Positions 55,191 through 64,000 of a stretch of 64,000 bases of DNA are shown piece after piece. The translations under genes and the position numbers were made by a program. The DNA lies in contig QWHN01000001.1 in the NCBI GenBank assembly GCA_021404905.1, forward strand, positions 258,810 to 322,809, written 5' to 3'. The notes below the pieces were generated by a model. That model did no database searches. It was not told the DNA's origin and worked only from the letters and a program-made list of their open reading frames with translations. Position 1 is the first letter of the stretch. Every line of letters begins with the position of its first letter. The DNA is from Candidatus Saccharibacteria bacterium CPR2. Lineage in GTDB: Bacteria; Patescibacteriota; Saccharimonadia; Saccharimonadales; QWHN01.

Positions 55191-55266
55191 TGCCGGAGTA
55201 ACTCAGTTGGTAGAGTAGCTGTTTCGTAAATAGCAAGTCGTGGGTTCGAGTCCCATCTCCGGCTCC
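55191..55266 (+). tRNA. tRNA-Thr (anticodon CGU)
   Basis: Hand-folded: acceptor GCCGGAG/CUCCGGC, D-stem ACUC/GAGU, anticodon stem GCUGU/AUAGC with loop UUCGUAA, T-arm GUGGG-UUCGAGU-CCCAU, encoded CCA. Confidence 0.88.
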
Positions 55267-55270
55267 ATAA

Positions 55271-55344
55271 CGCGAGTATAGTTTAATGGCAGAATGCAAC
55301 CTTCCCAAGGTTGAGGTGAGGGTTCGATTCCCTCTACTCGCACC
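55271..55344 (+). tRNA. tRNA-Gly (anticodon CCC)
   Basis: Hand-folded: acceptor GCGAGUA/UACUCGC, anticodon stem CAACC/GGUUG with loop UUCCCAA, T-arm GAGGG-UUCGAUU-CCCUC, encoded CCA. It lies 4 nt after tRNA-Thr. Confidence 0.85.
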
Positions 55345-55393
55345 AAGAAGTCAATTTGCTGCTATAATAATTACGAACTGTTAATCATATCTC

Positions 55394-55756
55394 ATGCTTG
55401 CATTTATTTTCAAAAGAACATTTTTTAGTGACAAATATGCTGTAATTTTACTAGTTGGATTTTTACTTTTTACTGTGGCTAATATATTACTGGTTTTGCT
55501 CATGTTATCTAGCCGTAATTACCAAATTCCGATACGTTTTTCGGGCTATGAAGGCATTGGGGTGTTTGAGCGCGGTCAGTGGTACTATCTCTATGTTCTA
55601 CCAGTTTTTTCATTTGTAGTTTTTGCCGTTAACTCAGTGCTGTCTATAAAAATACATCAGCTTCGGAGGGAGTATTCAATAGCAATTCTTGTGTTGTCAT
55701 ATCTAGTAGCGACATTTAATATGGTTGTTAGTTATGCTTTTATGCGTGCTGCGTAA
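55394..55756 (+). CDS. small integral membrane protein (3 predicted TM)
   Basis: Hydrophobic profile only. Immediately upstream of the GT2 gene with a 4-nt gap. Confidence 0.4.
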   Translation: MLAFIFKRTFFSDKYAVILLVGFLLFTVANILLVLLMLSSRNYQIPIRFSGYEGIGVFERGQWYYLYVLPVFSFVVFAVNSVLSIKIHQLRREYSIAILVLSYLVATFNMVVSYAFMRAA

Positions 55757-55760
55757 ATAG

Positions 55761-57383
55761 ATGAAAAACATAGAAATACCCATAGAAAATAAAACCAAAA
55801 CTTATCGTTTTTTTGAAATTTTGCCGGGCACTATGAGCTGGCTGATTTTGTTTTTGCCGATAATCTTAAGCGTCATCAATCCATCACTTGCGGCATATTT
55901 CATCATTATGTATATGGTTACCTGGCTTTTAAGGGCTGCGGTGATGTCGTTTAGAATTTTTCAAGCCTATCACAAGATGCAATGGCGCCAGGGCCTTAAT
56001 TGGCAGAAAATGCTTAGTGATATAGAGAATTTTGATAAAGCTATATGTGAATTGCACAATAAAAAACGCGATAGATTTGAAAGATGGCATTATGAGAATT
56101 TGCTGAGTTATAAGATAAGCGATCAAGAGAAGGTGAAGCCATCGGATCTTTTTCACGCGATTATAATAGCTATTTACAATGAAAGTATTGAAATCGTAGA
56201 ACCAACCGTGAAAGCCGTTATAAATTCTAATTACGATACTTCAAAAATCATTTTGTACCTTGCCTATGAAGAAAGAGGTGGCGCTCAAACCGAGGAAGTT
56301 GCCAGTAGGCTTAAAAGTAAATATGGCGATAAATTTTTTATTATGAAGACCACAAAACATCCTAAGGACATACCAGGTGAGGTAATAGGTAAAGGTGGCA
56401 ACATAACCTATGCTGGTCTGGATCTTAAGAAAGAGATTGAGAAGCGTAACATCGATCCAATTAATGTATTGGTCACGACTTTGGATGCAGACAATCAGCC
56501 GCACGAAAATTACCTCGCGTCGATAGCATATGCGTATTTAACAGAAGAAAATCGGCAGTATAAATCGTTTCAACCAATACCTATGTACACAAATAACATT
56601 TGGGATGCGCCAGCACCTATGAGGCTAATAGCTGTAGGGAGCTCGTTTTGGTGGTCCATTCAATCAGTTCGCCCGCATTTACTGAGAAATTTTAGCTCTC
56701 ATGCGCAGGGGCTAAGGGCTCTAATTGACACGGATTTTTGGAGTACCAGAACTATTGTAGAAGATGGTCATCAGTTTTGGCGCACATATTTTAGATATGA
56801 CGGCAAACATGAGGTAATACCAACGTTCGTACCTATTTACCAGGATGCGGTTTTATCTGATACTTACGTGCGAACATTTAAAGCTCAATTCGTTCAGCTT
56901 AGGAGATGGGCTTGGGGAGCAACAGATGTTGCGTATGTCGCGACCAAAAGCATGGAGGAAGCTTGCAATGCGCCAGCCTGGGACAGAATATTTAAATTCT
57001 TTAGACTTCTCGATAGCCATGTCAGTTGGGCTACAGCGCCTTTGATACTAGCCGGAGCAGCTTGGGCCCCAATTCTTTTTAGCCCTGTGGGCAGGGAAAG
57101 TATCGTTGCCCACCAGTTGCCTTCTATAGCCAGTTTCTTGCAAACCGTTGCCTTGTTCGGAATTCCGGCGATGATTTATCTCAGCTTCCAAATGCTGCCT
57201 CCAAGGCCAAAGCACTACAAAAGAAGAAGAAGCTTACTAATGCTTGTACAGTGGATCTTAACACCAGTGGTCAGCATACTCTATGGGGCGTTTTCGGCAC
57301 TTTACTCTCAAACCCGCCTTATGTTTGGGAAGTACTATGGTCAATTTGATGTCACAAAGAAGGTAAAAAAAGGCACAAGCTAA
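55761..57383 (+). CDS. family 2 glycosyltransferase, processive synthase type (membrane-embedded)
   Basis: N- and C-terminal TM segments, DxD motif (TLDADNQP), and the Q-x-x-R-W motif (QLRRWAWG) typical of cellulose/chitin/hyaluronan-synthase-like enzymes. Confidence 0.75.
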   Translation: MKNIEIPIENKTKTYRFFEILPGTMSWLILFLPIILSVINPSLAAYFIIMYMVTWLLRAAVMSFRIFQAYHKMQWRQGLNWQKMLSDIENFDKAICELHNKKRDRFERWHYENLLSYKISDQEKVKPSDLFHAIIIAIYNESIEIVEPTVKAVINSNYDTSKIILYLAYEERGGAQTEEVASRLKSKYGDKFFIMKTTKHPKDIPGEVIGKGGNITYAGLDLKKEIEKRNIDPINVLVTTLDADNQPHENYLASIAYAYLTEENRQYKSFQPIPMYTNNIWDAPAPMRLIAVGSSFWWSIQSVRPHLLRNFSSHAQGLRALIDTDFWSTRTIVEDGHQFWRTYFRYDGKHEVIPTFVPIYQDAVLSDTYVRTFKAQFVQLRRWAWGATDVAYVATKSMEEACNAPAWDRIFKFFRLLDSHVSWATAPLILAGAAWAPILFSPVGRESIVAHQLPSIASFLQTVALFGIPAMIYLSFQMLPPRPKHYKRRRSLLMLVQWILTPVVSILYGAFSALYSQTRLMFGKYYGQFDVTKKVKKGTS

Positions 57384-57478
57384 ATCTTGCATAAGTGTTT
57401 TTTCATCAATCCACTGGCCAGTGGAGCCAAATGCCTAAAAATAGGAAATAGCAACCAGGAATTAGGAATAAGTTTTTA

Positions 57479-57916
57479 CTAAAGCCTCTTCTTAAGAGAC
57501 CGCTTATCCAATTGCTCTTGATAAGAAAGATATTTAACGTATGCGCTCATGTCGAACTTCTTTAGAACGCCTAAGCAGGTATTGGCTATGTCTCTTGAGG
57601 TAATAATATCGGCATAACTAGCGCCGATAAGATTTATTTCGACAGTATCCGTTAGGGCGCCAGCCAGCTCAGAACTGTTTTGCATGTGGTCGAGCGACTT
57701 GAGCAAACTAATGAGGATTTTACTTTTCAAATAGGGTTCTAACTCACTATTAAATTTCCTAACACGAAAAACACCCGATAAATCAATTATCTCTCGGGTT
57801 GTTATAGTATTTTGGCATGTCGTACAATTACGCCTCCTCCAAACCTGATTGTTGCGCTTAACGGGGCGAGAGTTAGTAACTTGAAGTTTTTTTGAACCGC
57901 ATTTTGGGCAAACCAT
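57479..57916 (-). CDS. nrdR: transcriptional repressor NrdR (zinc ribbon + ATP-cone)
   Basis: MVCPKCGSKK…NCTTCQ zinc ribbon followed by an ATP-cone domain. Confidence 0.85.
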   Translation of the reverse strand: MVCPKCGSKKLQVTNSRPVKRNNQVWRRRNCTTCQNTITTREIIDLSGVFRVRKFNSELEPYLKSKILISLLKSLDHMQNSSELAGALTDTVEINLIGASYADIITSRDIANTCLGVLKKFDMSAYVKYLSYQEQLDKRSLKKRL

Positions 57917-57988
57917 GTCTATATATTGTCATCACGCTATGAAAAAAGCTAGTGGAAAAGCGGCCAAATATTGTGGGGGAATAAACTG

Positions 57989-58246
57989 CTACTTGTTTTT
58001 GCGGTGCCGATGTATACGCTTAACGGGGAGAATAGGGGATTTTTCCTGTGCTTCTAAAAATTCTTCAGATAAACGCTCATGAGGAGCTTCTTTAGGAAGT
58101 TCCTCAAAGAAAAGTCGAAATGTTTGCAGTTTTGATTTTTGAGCCGCATTACTCATACGATTATTATAACCATAAACAACAAAAAAAGTCAATAAAGACA
58201 AAAACTGTTTATACATCATATATGTTATAAGATATGTCATAGGCAA
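57989..58246 (-). CDS. small hypothetical protein
   Basis: 85-aa ORF between nrdR and tRNA-Val, with a hydrophobic N-terminus and basic tail. Weak support. Confidence 0.25.
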   Translation of the reverse strand: MPMTYLITYMMYKQFLSLLTFFVVYGYNNRMSNAAQKSKLQTFRLFFEELPKEAPHERLSEEFLEAQEKSPILPVKRIHRHRKNK

Positions 58247-58276
58247 AATAAAAAACCCTTATTACCCCAGGGTTTC

Positions 58277-58353
58277 TGGTGGGCGATGAGGGATTCGAAC
58301 CCCCGACCTCATCAACGTCAATGATGCGCTCTAGCCAACTGAGCTAATCGCCC
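58277..58353 (-). tRNA. tRNA-Val (anticodon GAC)
   Basis: Hand-folded: acceptor GGGCGAU/AUCGCCC, D-arm GCUC-AGUUGGCUA-GAGC, anticodon stem CAUCA/UGAUG with loop UUGACGU, T-arm GGGGG-UUCGAAU-CCCUC, encoded CCA. Confidence 0.88.
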
Positions 58354-58535
58354 TTCAACTTATATTACAGATGAAACTCCGCAATAAACTTCCTGGCACC
58401 AGTACAATATAGTAAATTGAACGGAGTAGGGCAAGTTTTCCAGATAAAAAGGTAACTAAAGGCTAGTATTATAATACCAGTTTAGTATGGCCAAAGGTTT
58501 TGATATAGTAGTAATCAAGTTTTGGAGACAAAAGA

Positions 58536-60389
58536 TTGAACGATCAGCAAGATAATTTATATGCAAAGAGACATAGCTTGGCTCATATTATGGCGAGCTC
58601 CATAAAACGAAAGTGGCCGGAAGTTAAATTCGGTGTAGGTCCAGTGGTAGAAAATGGCTTTTATTATGATGTTGATGTCCCAAACCACACCTTGGGGGTA
58701 GATGACCTGTCCGATATAGAAGCTGAAATGAAAAATATAATCAAAGAAAATCAAACATTCGAACAGTTTAATAAACCTATAGATGAAGCTATCTCTTGGG
58801 CAAAAGAAAATAATCAGCCCTATAAAGAAGAGTTACTTAATGATTTAAAGCGTGAAGGCACCACTGTTGCAAAAGATCTGGATGCCGCAGAGCTTGGATT
58901 GAGCACTGACACCGGAAGTAAGGTAGAGGAGGTATCTTTTTATAAAAATGGTGACTTTACTGATCTATGCCGGGGTCCTCACGTAGAGTCAACTTCTCAA
59001 GTTGGGCCGTTTAAGTTGCTAAGAGTGTCCGGAGCGTATTGGAGGGGAAACGAGAGCAACCCCCAGATGCAAAGGATCTATGGAGTCGCATTTAATACCC
59101 AAGAAGAACTAGACCAACATCTAAACGCTTTAGAAGAGGCAAGAAATCGCGATCATAGAAAATTGGGTAAAGATCTGGATTTGTTTGTATTTTCCGATTT
59201 AGTAGGATCCGGGTTGCCTCTTTGGACTCCTAGGGGTACTTATCTGCGCGGTAAACTGGACAGTTTTGTTCAGGATCTAAGAAATGAATATGAATTTGCG
59301 GAAGTGACAATTCCTCATATTACAAAAAAGGATTTATACGAAAAAAGCGGTCATTGGCAAAAGTTTGAAGATGAACTTTTCAAGATCACTACTAGAGAGG
59401 ACCATGAATTTGCCATGAAACCCATGAATTGTCCCCACCACGCCCAGATTTATGCTTCAAGGCTAAGAAGTTACAGAGAATTGCCTATAAGATATCGTGA
59501 GACCACAATGGTTTATCGAGATGAACAAACGGGGGAGCTTGGGGGGTTGGCGCGCGTTCGTTCAATTACTCAGGATGATGCCCATGTTTTTTGCAGAGAA
59601 AACCAAATAGTTAATGAAGTAAAAAATATCTGGCAAATTATAAGAGATTTTTATGGCAGATTTGACTTGCCGTTGAGCTTGAGACTATCTCGTCATGATC
59701 CGGCTAATATGAATAAATACGCAGGTAGCGAGGAAATGTGGCAAAAAGCAGAAAAACAGTTGAGAGAAGTCATTGATCAACAACTGGACGTAAAAATAGA
59801 GGAAGACGCCATCGGCGAAGCCGCGTTTTATGGGCCAAAACTGGATTTTATCGCTAAAGATTCCTTGGGGCGTCTCTGGCAGGTAGCTACCATCCAACTT
59901 GATTTTGCTCAGCCTGAAAGCCTGGATCTTTATTATATTGATGAATCAGGAGGCAAAAAACGCCCGGTTATGATCCACTGTGCAATCATGGGTTCTCTTG
60001 AGCGTTTTATCGCGATTCTTATAGAGCATACTGCAGGTAGATTCCCGATCTGGCTTGCGCCAGAACAAGTAAGAGTAGCCACTATCAATCAAGAACAGGA
60101 GATTCTGGAATTTTCAGATAAAATCAAGGTAAGAGCAAAAGAGTTGGGAGTAAGGGTTTTTGTTGATGACAACAATGAGTCTATAGGCAAGAAAATCAGA
60201 TCTGCTGAGATGATGAAAGTTCCTTACACTTTGGTCATTGGCAACAAAGAAGTCCGCAGAGGTGTAGTTCAACCCAGGATTCGTCAAGATTTGGCAGTTG
60301 TTGCAGCTCATCCGGAGCTTGGGGTTGAGGAATTCCTGAAAACTGTTGTCAATGAAACAAAAAGTCGTGCATCAAAAACATCTTTATAA
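58536..60389 (+). CDS. thrS: threonyl-tRNA synthetase (lacking the N-terminal TGS domain)
   Basis: It starts directly in the editing domain (RHSLAHIMASSIKRKWPEVKFGVGPVVENGFYYDVD), followed by class II motifs 1-3 (…FRDE…; GAFYGPKLDF) and an anticodon-binding domain. TTG start. Confidence 0.92.
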   Translation: MNDQQDNLYAKRHSLAHIMASSIKRKWPEVKFGVGPVVENGFYYDVDVPNHTLGVDDLSDIEAEMKNIIKENQTFEQFNKPIDEAISWAKENNQPYKEELLNDLKREGTTVAKDLDAAELGLSTDTGSKVEEVSFYKNGDFTDLCRGPHVESTSQVGPFKLLRVSGAYWRGNESNPQMQRIYGVAFNTQEELDQHLNALEEARNRDHRKLGKDLDLFVFSDLVGSGLPLWTPRGTYLRGKLDSFVQDLRNEYEFAEVTIPHITKKDLYEKSGHWQKFEDELFKITTREDHEFAMKPMNCPHHAQIYASRLRSYRELPIRYRETTMVYRDEQTGELGGLARVRSITQDDAHVFCRENQIVNEVKNIWQIIRDFYGRFDLPLSLRLSRHDPANMNKYAGSEEMWQKAEKQLREVIDQQLDVKIEEDAIGEAAFYGPKLDFIAKDSLGRLWQVATIQLDFAQPESLDLYYIDESGGKKRPVMIHCAIMGSLERFIAILIEHTAGRFPIWLAPEQVRVATINQEQEILEFSDKIKVRAKELGVRVFVDDNNESIGKKIRSAEMMKVPYTLVIGNKEVRRGVVQPRIRQDLAVVAAHPELGVEEFLKTVVNETKSRASKTSL

Positions 60390-60442
60390 TTGCGAGTCAG
60401 CAAGAGCTGGAAAGCATCGAGATAAATATAGATGAAAAGTGA

Positions 60443-60826
60443 TTGATAAATTTCATGTCAAGCCAGAACGAGAAATTTAAATTAAAGGTTTACGATTTAG
60501 TAAGTACAATTCCGAGAGGCAGGATTATGACCTATGGGCAAATTGCCACACTTTGCGGTAGGCCGAGAGCTGCTCGAATCGTTGGTGGTATAGCCCATTA
60601 CGGTCCATCAGACTTACCGTGGCAGAGAGTGGTAAAGAAATCAGGGGATCTGGCAAGTGGTTTTCCAGGTGGTAGAGAAAATCATAAACTTATGCTTGAG
60701 AACGATGGTGTTAAAGTGGCAGATAATTACACTGTTGATGTTGAAGAACTAATATGGTGGCCCTCCTCCGCTAAAGCTTCGGAGAGTAGGCCAAAGCCAG
60801 CCAAACCGGCAGAAAATAGTAAATAG
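60443..60826 (+). CDS. alkyltransferase-like protein (ATL; MGMT-fold with Cys-to-Trp active site)
   Basis: O6-alkylguanine-DNA-alkyltransferase DNA-binding domain with PWQRVV in place of the catalytic PCHRVV motif. Confidence 0.7.
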   Translation: MINFMSSQNEKFKLKVYDLVSTIPRGRIMTYGQIATLCGRPRAARIVGGIAHYGPSDLPWQRVVKKSGDLASGFPGGRENHKLMLENDGVKVADNYTVDVEELIWWPSSAKASESRPKPAKPAENSK

Positions 60827-60856
60827 GAACCAAAAATAGAATGTTGTAAAATTATT

Positions 60857-61771
60857 ATGAATTTAAAAGAACAAATTTCTAATTCCAAATTTCCAGTTTC
60901 CCGACAACCACTAGTTGTTGTCGTTGGTGAAACAGCTAGTGGTAAGTCTGATCTCGGCATGAAAATCGCCAAAGAATTTAAGGGTGAAATTATCGCAGCA
61001 GATTCCAGAACGGTTTACAGAGGCATGGATATCGGCACAGCGAAACCTATGCCTCAAGATCAAAAACAAATTCCTCATCATCTAATTGACGTTGTAGAAC
61101 CGAACCAACAATTCACCGCAGCGGACTTTAAAAAGCTTGCGAATCAGGCAATTAAAGATATTCGCTCTCGCGGCAATTTGCCTGTTATAGTTGGGGGTAC
61201 TGGGCTATATGTGGATTCAGTTATTTTTGATTTTAATTTTGCTCCCAAGGCCAATCAAAAAATTAGATCCCATCTGGAGAAATTGAGCGAAGAAGAATTA
61301 AAAAATGAGGTTTTGGAAAGGGGTGGAGCAGAAGTGGATCTCAACAATCGGCGCCATATGATTAGATATCTGGAAACTGGTGGTACGCCAAAAAATAACA
61401 CCAAGCTTATACCCAATATTTTATTGATTGGCCTAAGATTACCTCGTCAAGAGTTGCGAGAAAGAATAAATTCTAGGGTAGAGAAAATGTTTAGAACTGG
61501 TCTTAGAAAAGAAATTGATGATTTAGTTGAGAAATACGGATGGGACGCTCCTGGTATGGAGGGGATTATTTATAAACTCTTTAGGCAGTATAAGGATAAG
61601 AAAATCAGTATGGGGGAAGTAAAACGACAGTTTGCTCAAAAAGATTATCTGTTAGCAAAGCGTCAACGGACTTGGTTCAAACGAAACCCGAATATAGAGT
61701 GGTTTGATAATCCTAATGATGCTTTAAATTATGCCAGGGAAAAGTTACGCTGCGCTAAAGACGGCGCTTAG
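60857..61771 (+). CDS. miaA: tRNA dimethylallyltransferase
   Basis: P-loop VVVVGETASGKSDL, and DSRTVYRGMDIGTAKP. Confidence 0.9.
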   Translation: MNLKEQISNSKFPVSRQPLVVVVGETASGKSDLGMKIAKEFKGEIIAADSRTVYRGMDIGTAKPMPQDQKQIPHHLIDVVEPNQQFTAADFKKLANQAIKDIRSRGNLPVIVGGTGLYVDSVIFDFNFAPKANQKIRSHLEKLSEEELKNEVLERGGAEVDLNNRRHMIRYLETGGTPKNNTKLIPNILLIGLRLPRQELRERINSRVEKMFRTGLRKEIDDLVEKYGWDAPGMEGIIYKLFRQYKDKKISMGEVKRQFAQKDYLLAKRQRTWFKRNPNIEWFDNPNDALNYAREKLRCAKDGA

Positions 61772-61788
61772 TTATATAATTATGATTA

Positions 61789-63078
61789 ATGAAGCTAGCA
61801 GTAATTTTACTCGTCAAAATTATAATTAAAATTAGTCGACTGTTCGGGCACAATGGCTCGGCGCTACCTGGTTTAATTGCAGAAAAACTTTATCCTAATT
61901 TGCTCAAAGATACTCTTATTGGTTTGAAATCAGGAATTATTGTGGTAACTGGAACAAACGGCAAAACGACCACTACAAAAATTATTTCTGAACTCTTATC
62001 TGCGAGCGATAAAAAAGTTTTAACTAACAGGAGCGGGAGTAATTTTACCAGAGGCATATTGTCTACCGTAATAGAAAAATCAACGTTAACCGGTGAATTG
62101 CCATATGACATTGGGGTATTTGAATTAGATGAAGCGTATGCTCGTTTGTTTACCAAGGAAGTGAAGCCTAGAATTTTAGTAGCTCTGAATGTTTTAAGAG
62201 ATCAGCTAGATAGATATGGGGAAATTACCAAAACAGCTGATCTTATAGGCGAGGCTGCGAAAAGTGCAGACTATGTAGTACTGAACGCTGATGATCCACC
62301 CATATCTAATTTAAGTAAAAAGCTTTCTTTCAGTAGAACTAAATTTTTTGGGATGAGTTCTGACTTGAAGCTGCATCTACCCTCTGATGATGAACTGCAT
62401 GGTTCTGTAGCCACAAAAAATAGTAATCAAAAAGTTGATTTAAAGTTGATCGCAGCCGAAGATCTTGGATCAAATCAAAAGATAACATTACAGGCAGGTA
62501 AAGAGAAATTTTTAACCAATTTTAATCTAAAAGGAATCTATAACGCTGTTAATGCGGCGGCTGCTATTCTTACAGTAAAAACAGCTTTTCCAGAAACATC
62601 TTACAGCAATGTTGCCTGCAAATTGAGTCAAATTCAGCCTGCATTTGGCAGGGGTGAAGTCATTGACGTCGAAGGGAGAAAAATAGTTTTGGGGTTAATT
62701 AAGAATCCAGCTGGCTTTAATCAAAATATAAGATCATTTATAGACAGTGATGTAGATGCTATTTTGATAGTAATAAACGATAAATATGCGGATGGCCGTG
62801 ATGTCTCTTGGTTGTGGGACGTTAACGTAGATAAATTAGCAAAAGTTTCCCATATTCACACTAGCGGCATTAGGACATATGATATGGCGCTGCGGCTAAA
62901 GTATTCAGATATTGATATTAATCCAGATTTTATTGACCAAGATATAAACAGAAGCTTAAAAAAAATAATTAACCTAACCAAACCAGGGGACAAAATAGTG
63001 ATTTTTCCAACTTATACTGCCATGCTTAAGATAAGAAAAATTTTTTCTAAAAATGTTAAGGTGGATTCAATATGGTAG
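61789..63078 (+). CDS. murT: Mur-ligase-family lipid II isoglutaminyl synthase subunit MurT
   Basis: Mur ligase central domain P-loop (VTGTNGKTTTTKIISELL) plus a C-terminal DUF1727-like region. It is immediately followed by an overlapping gatD-like gene. Confidence 0.7.
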   Translation: MKLAVILLVKIIIKISRLFGHNGSALPGLIAEKLYPNLLKDTLIGLKSGIIVVTGTNGKTTTTKIISELLSASDKKVLTNRSGSNFTRGILSTVIEKSTLTGELPYDIGVFELDEAYARLFTKEVKPRILVALNVLRDQLDRYGEITKTADLIGEAAKSADYVVLNADDPPISNLSKKLSFSRTKFFGMSSDLKLHLPSDDELHGSVATKNSNQKVDLKLIAAEDLGSNQKITLQAGKEKFLTNFNLKGIYNAVNAAAAILTVKTAFPETSYSNVACKLSQIQPAFGRGEVIDVEGRKIVLGLIKNPAGFNQNIRSFIDSDVDAILIVINDKYADGRDVSWLWDVNVDKLAKVSHIHTSGIRTYDMALRLKYSDIDINPDFIDQDINRSLKKIINLTKPGDKIVIFPTYTAMLKIRKIFSKNVKVDSIW

Positions 63079-63739
63079 GTTCGAAATTCATTACCATTGC
63101 TCAGCTCTATGGTCAGGATATGAATATTTATGGCGACAATGGCAATATTTTAACGTTAGTTAAACGTCTTGAGTGGAGAGGATATAAAACTAAGCTTGTC
63201 CACCTTGAGGTGGGCAGTAAATTACCAGTTGATGTCGACATTATTGTGGGGGGTGGAGGTCAGGACGCAGGACAGGATAAGGTCAAGGTTGACTTAAAAA
63301 GAAAAAAAGACGAACTTACGACTGCTGCGAATAATGGCGTCGTAATGCTCATGATATGTGGTATGTATCAGCTTTTTGGGCATAAATTTATTACGTCGGA
63401 AAATGTGACGATTGAAGGCATATCTATCTTTGACATGATCACCAAAGCCGGGAATAAACGCATAATAGGTAATGTTGTTGTTAGGACTGATGAATTTGGG
63501 AAATTAGTCGGTTTTGAAAGGGCGAGGGTAATAATGACGGGACAAATGAAGAGGGTGCGGTAACAAATAATGTGTTCGGGACTTACCTCCATGGTCCGGT
63601 GCTGCCTAAGAACCCACTTTTTGCTGACGGCTTAATCAAGAGAGCTTTGCAGAGAAAATATGGGGTAGATAATATACATGATATTGATGACAAAATTGCA
63701 ACGAAAGCTTCCAAAATAGCGATGAAAAGACCCAGATAA
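63072..63739 (+). pseudogene. gatD: GatD (glutamine amidotransferase partner of MurT) interrupted by a frameshift at an A-run near 63516-63520
   Basis: The N-terminal part is in frame 63072-63563 (catalytic Cys in MICGMYQLFG). The conserved C-terminal part (GEGNNDGTNEEGAVTNNVFGTYLHGPVLPKNPLFADGLI…) is in the -1 frame, up to TAA 63737-63739. Restoring one A in GAAAGGG would rejoin the frames. Confidence 0.65.
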
Positions 63740-63801
63740 ATAGTTTGTTCATTGCGTTATTATTGGTACAATAGCTATATAAGGGGTGTTAGATACTTTC
63801 T

Positions 63802-64000
63802 ATGATTGACCAGTTATTTGGTTCAAAAACCAGAGTTAAACTACTTCATTTATTCATGAACAATCCAAACCGTTCATTCTATGTGCGCGAGATTACTAGG
63901 AAAATTGATGAACAAATTAATTCAGTAAGACGCGAGCTTTCGAACATGCTTTCCATCGGCATCATATCTTCAGATACTGCAGAAAACAAGCTATACTATG
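63802..64000 (+). CDS. putative winged-helix transcriptional regulator (5' part; runs off the window end)
   Basis: MIDQLFGSKTRVKLLHLFMNNPNRSFYVREITRKIDEQINSVRRELSNMLSIGII has a wHTH-like pattern. Partial. Confidence 0.35.
   Translation, partial: MIDQLFGSKTRVKLLHLFMNNPNRSFYVREITRKIDEQINSVRRELSNMLSIGIISSDTAENKLYY

Overview
This AT-rich window is densely packed and almost entirely coding, mostly on the + strand. It looks like a reduced-genome bacterium of the Candidate Phyla Radiation / Patescibacteria type, possibly Saccharibacteria-like. The lineage call is an inference from gene content, low GC and gene architecture, not something measured. No rRNA gene and no CRISPR array is visible.

Main content:
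- Housekeeping operons: dnaG-rpoD, polA, mutM, holA, rpsT, truB-rpsO-pnp, udg, RNase J, ftsK, rpsF-ssb-rpsR, efp, tlyA, rdgB, ychF, uppP, ndk, mgtE, nrdR, thrS, miaA and murT-gatD.
- A complete type IV pilus locus at 31.6-44.9 kb: pilM, pilN, pilO, pilB, pilT, pilC, the major pilin, the prepilin peptidase pilD and four minor-pilin/PilX-like genes.
- An IS30-family insertion sequence at about 30.5-31.6 kb.
- Five tRNAs: Arg-CCU, Asp-GUC, Thr-CGU, Gly-CCC and Val-GAC.

Most unusual items:
1. A gene with a winged-helix N-terminus and a Cas2-like C-terminus sits inside the pilus locus with no CRISPR nearby. It is flanked on both sides by a perfect GTCCGATCGGAC-centred palindrome, one copy extended to 28 bp across its promoter. 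A third copy lies near 27.75 kb.
2. A surface-anchored cohesin-domain protein (23.7 kb) and a dockerin-bearing multidomain secreted enzyme (48.8 kb) form a candidate cohesin-dockerin pair.
3. A roughly 300-bp GC-rich non-coding island abuts tRNA-Asp and ends in a 14-nt direct repeat of that tRNA's 3' end.
4. Many genes show leaderless-style promoter geometry, with a -10 hexamer 6-8 nt upstream of the start codon.
5. Heptanucleotide-periodic ATAC/GTAT repeats and a shared vocabulary of short intergenic repeats recur across the window.
6. There are two four-helix-bundle protein genes, an inactive-looking DHH/NrnA homolog with a long disordered tail, and a frameshifted gatD.
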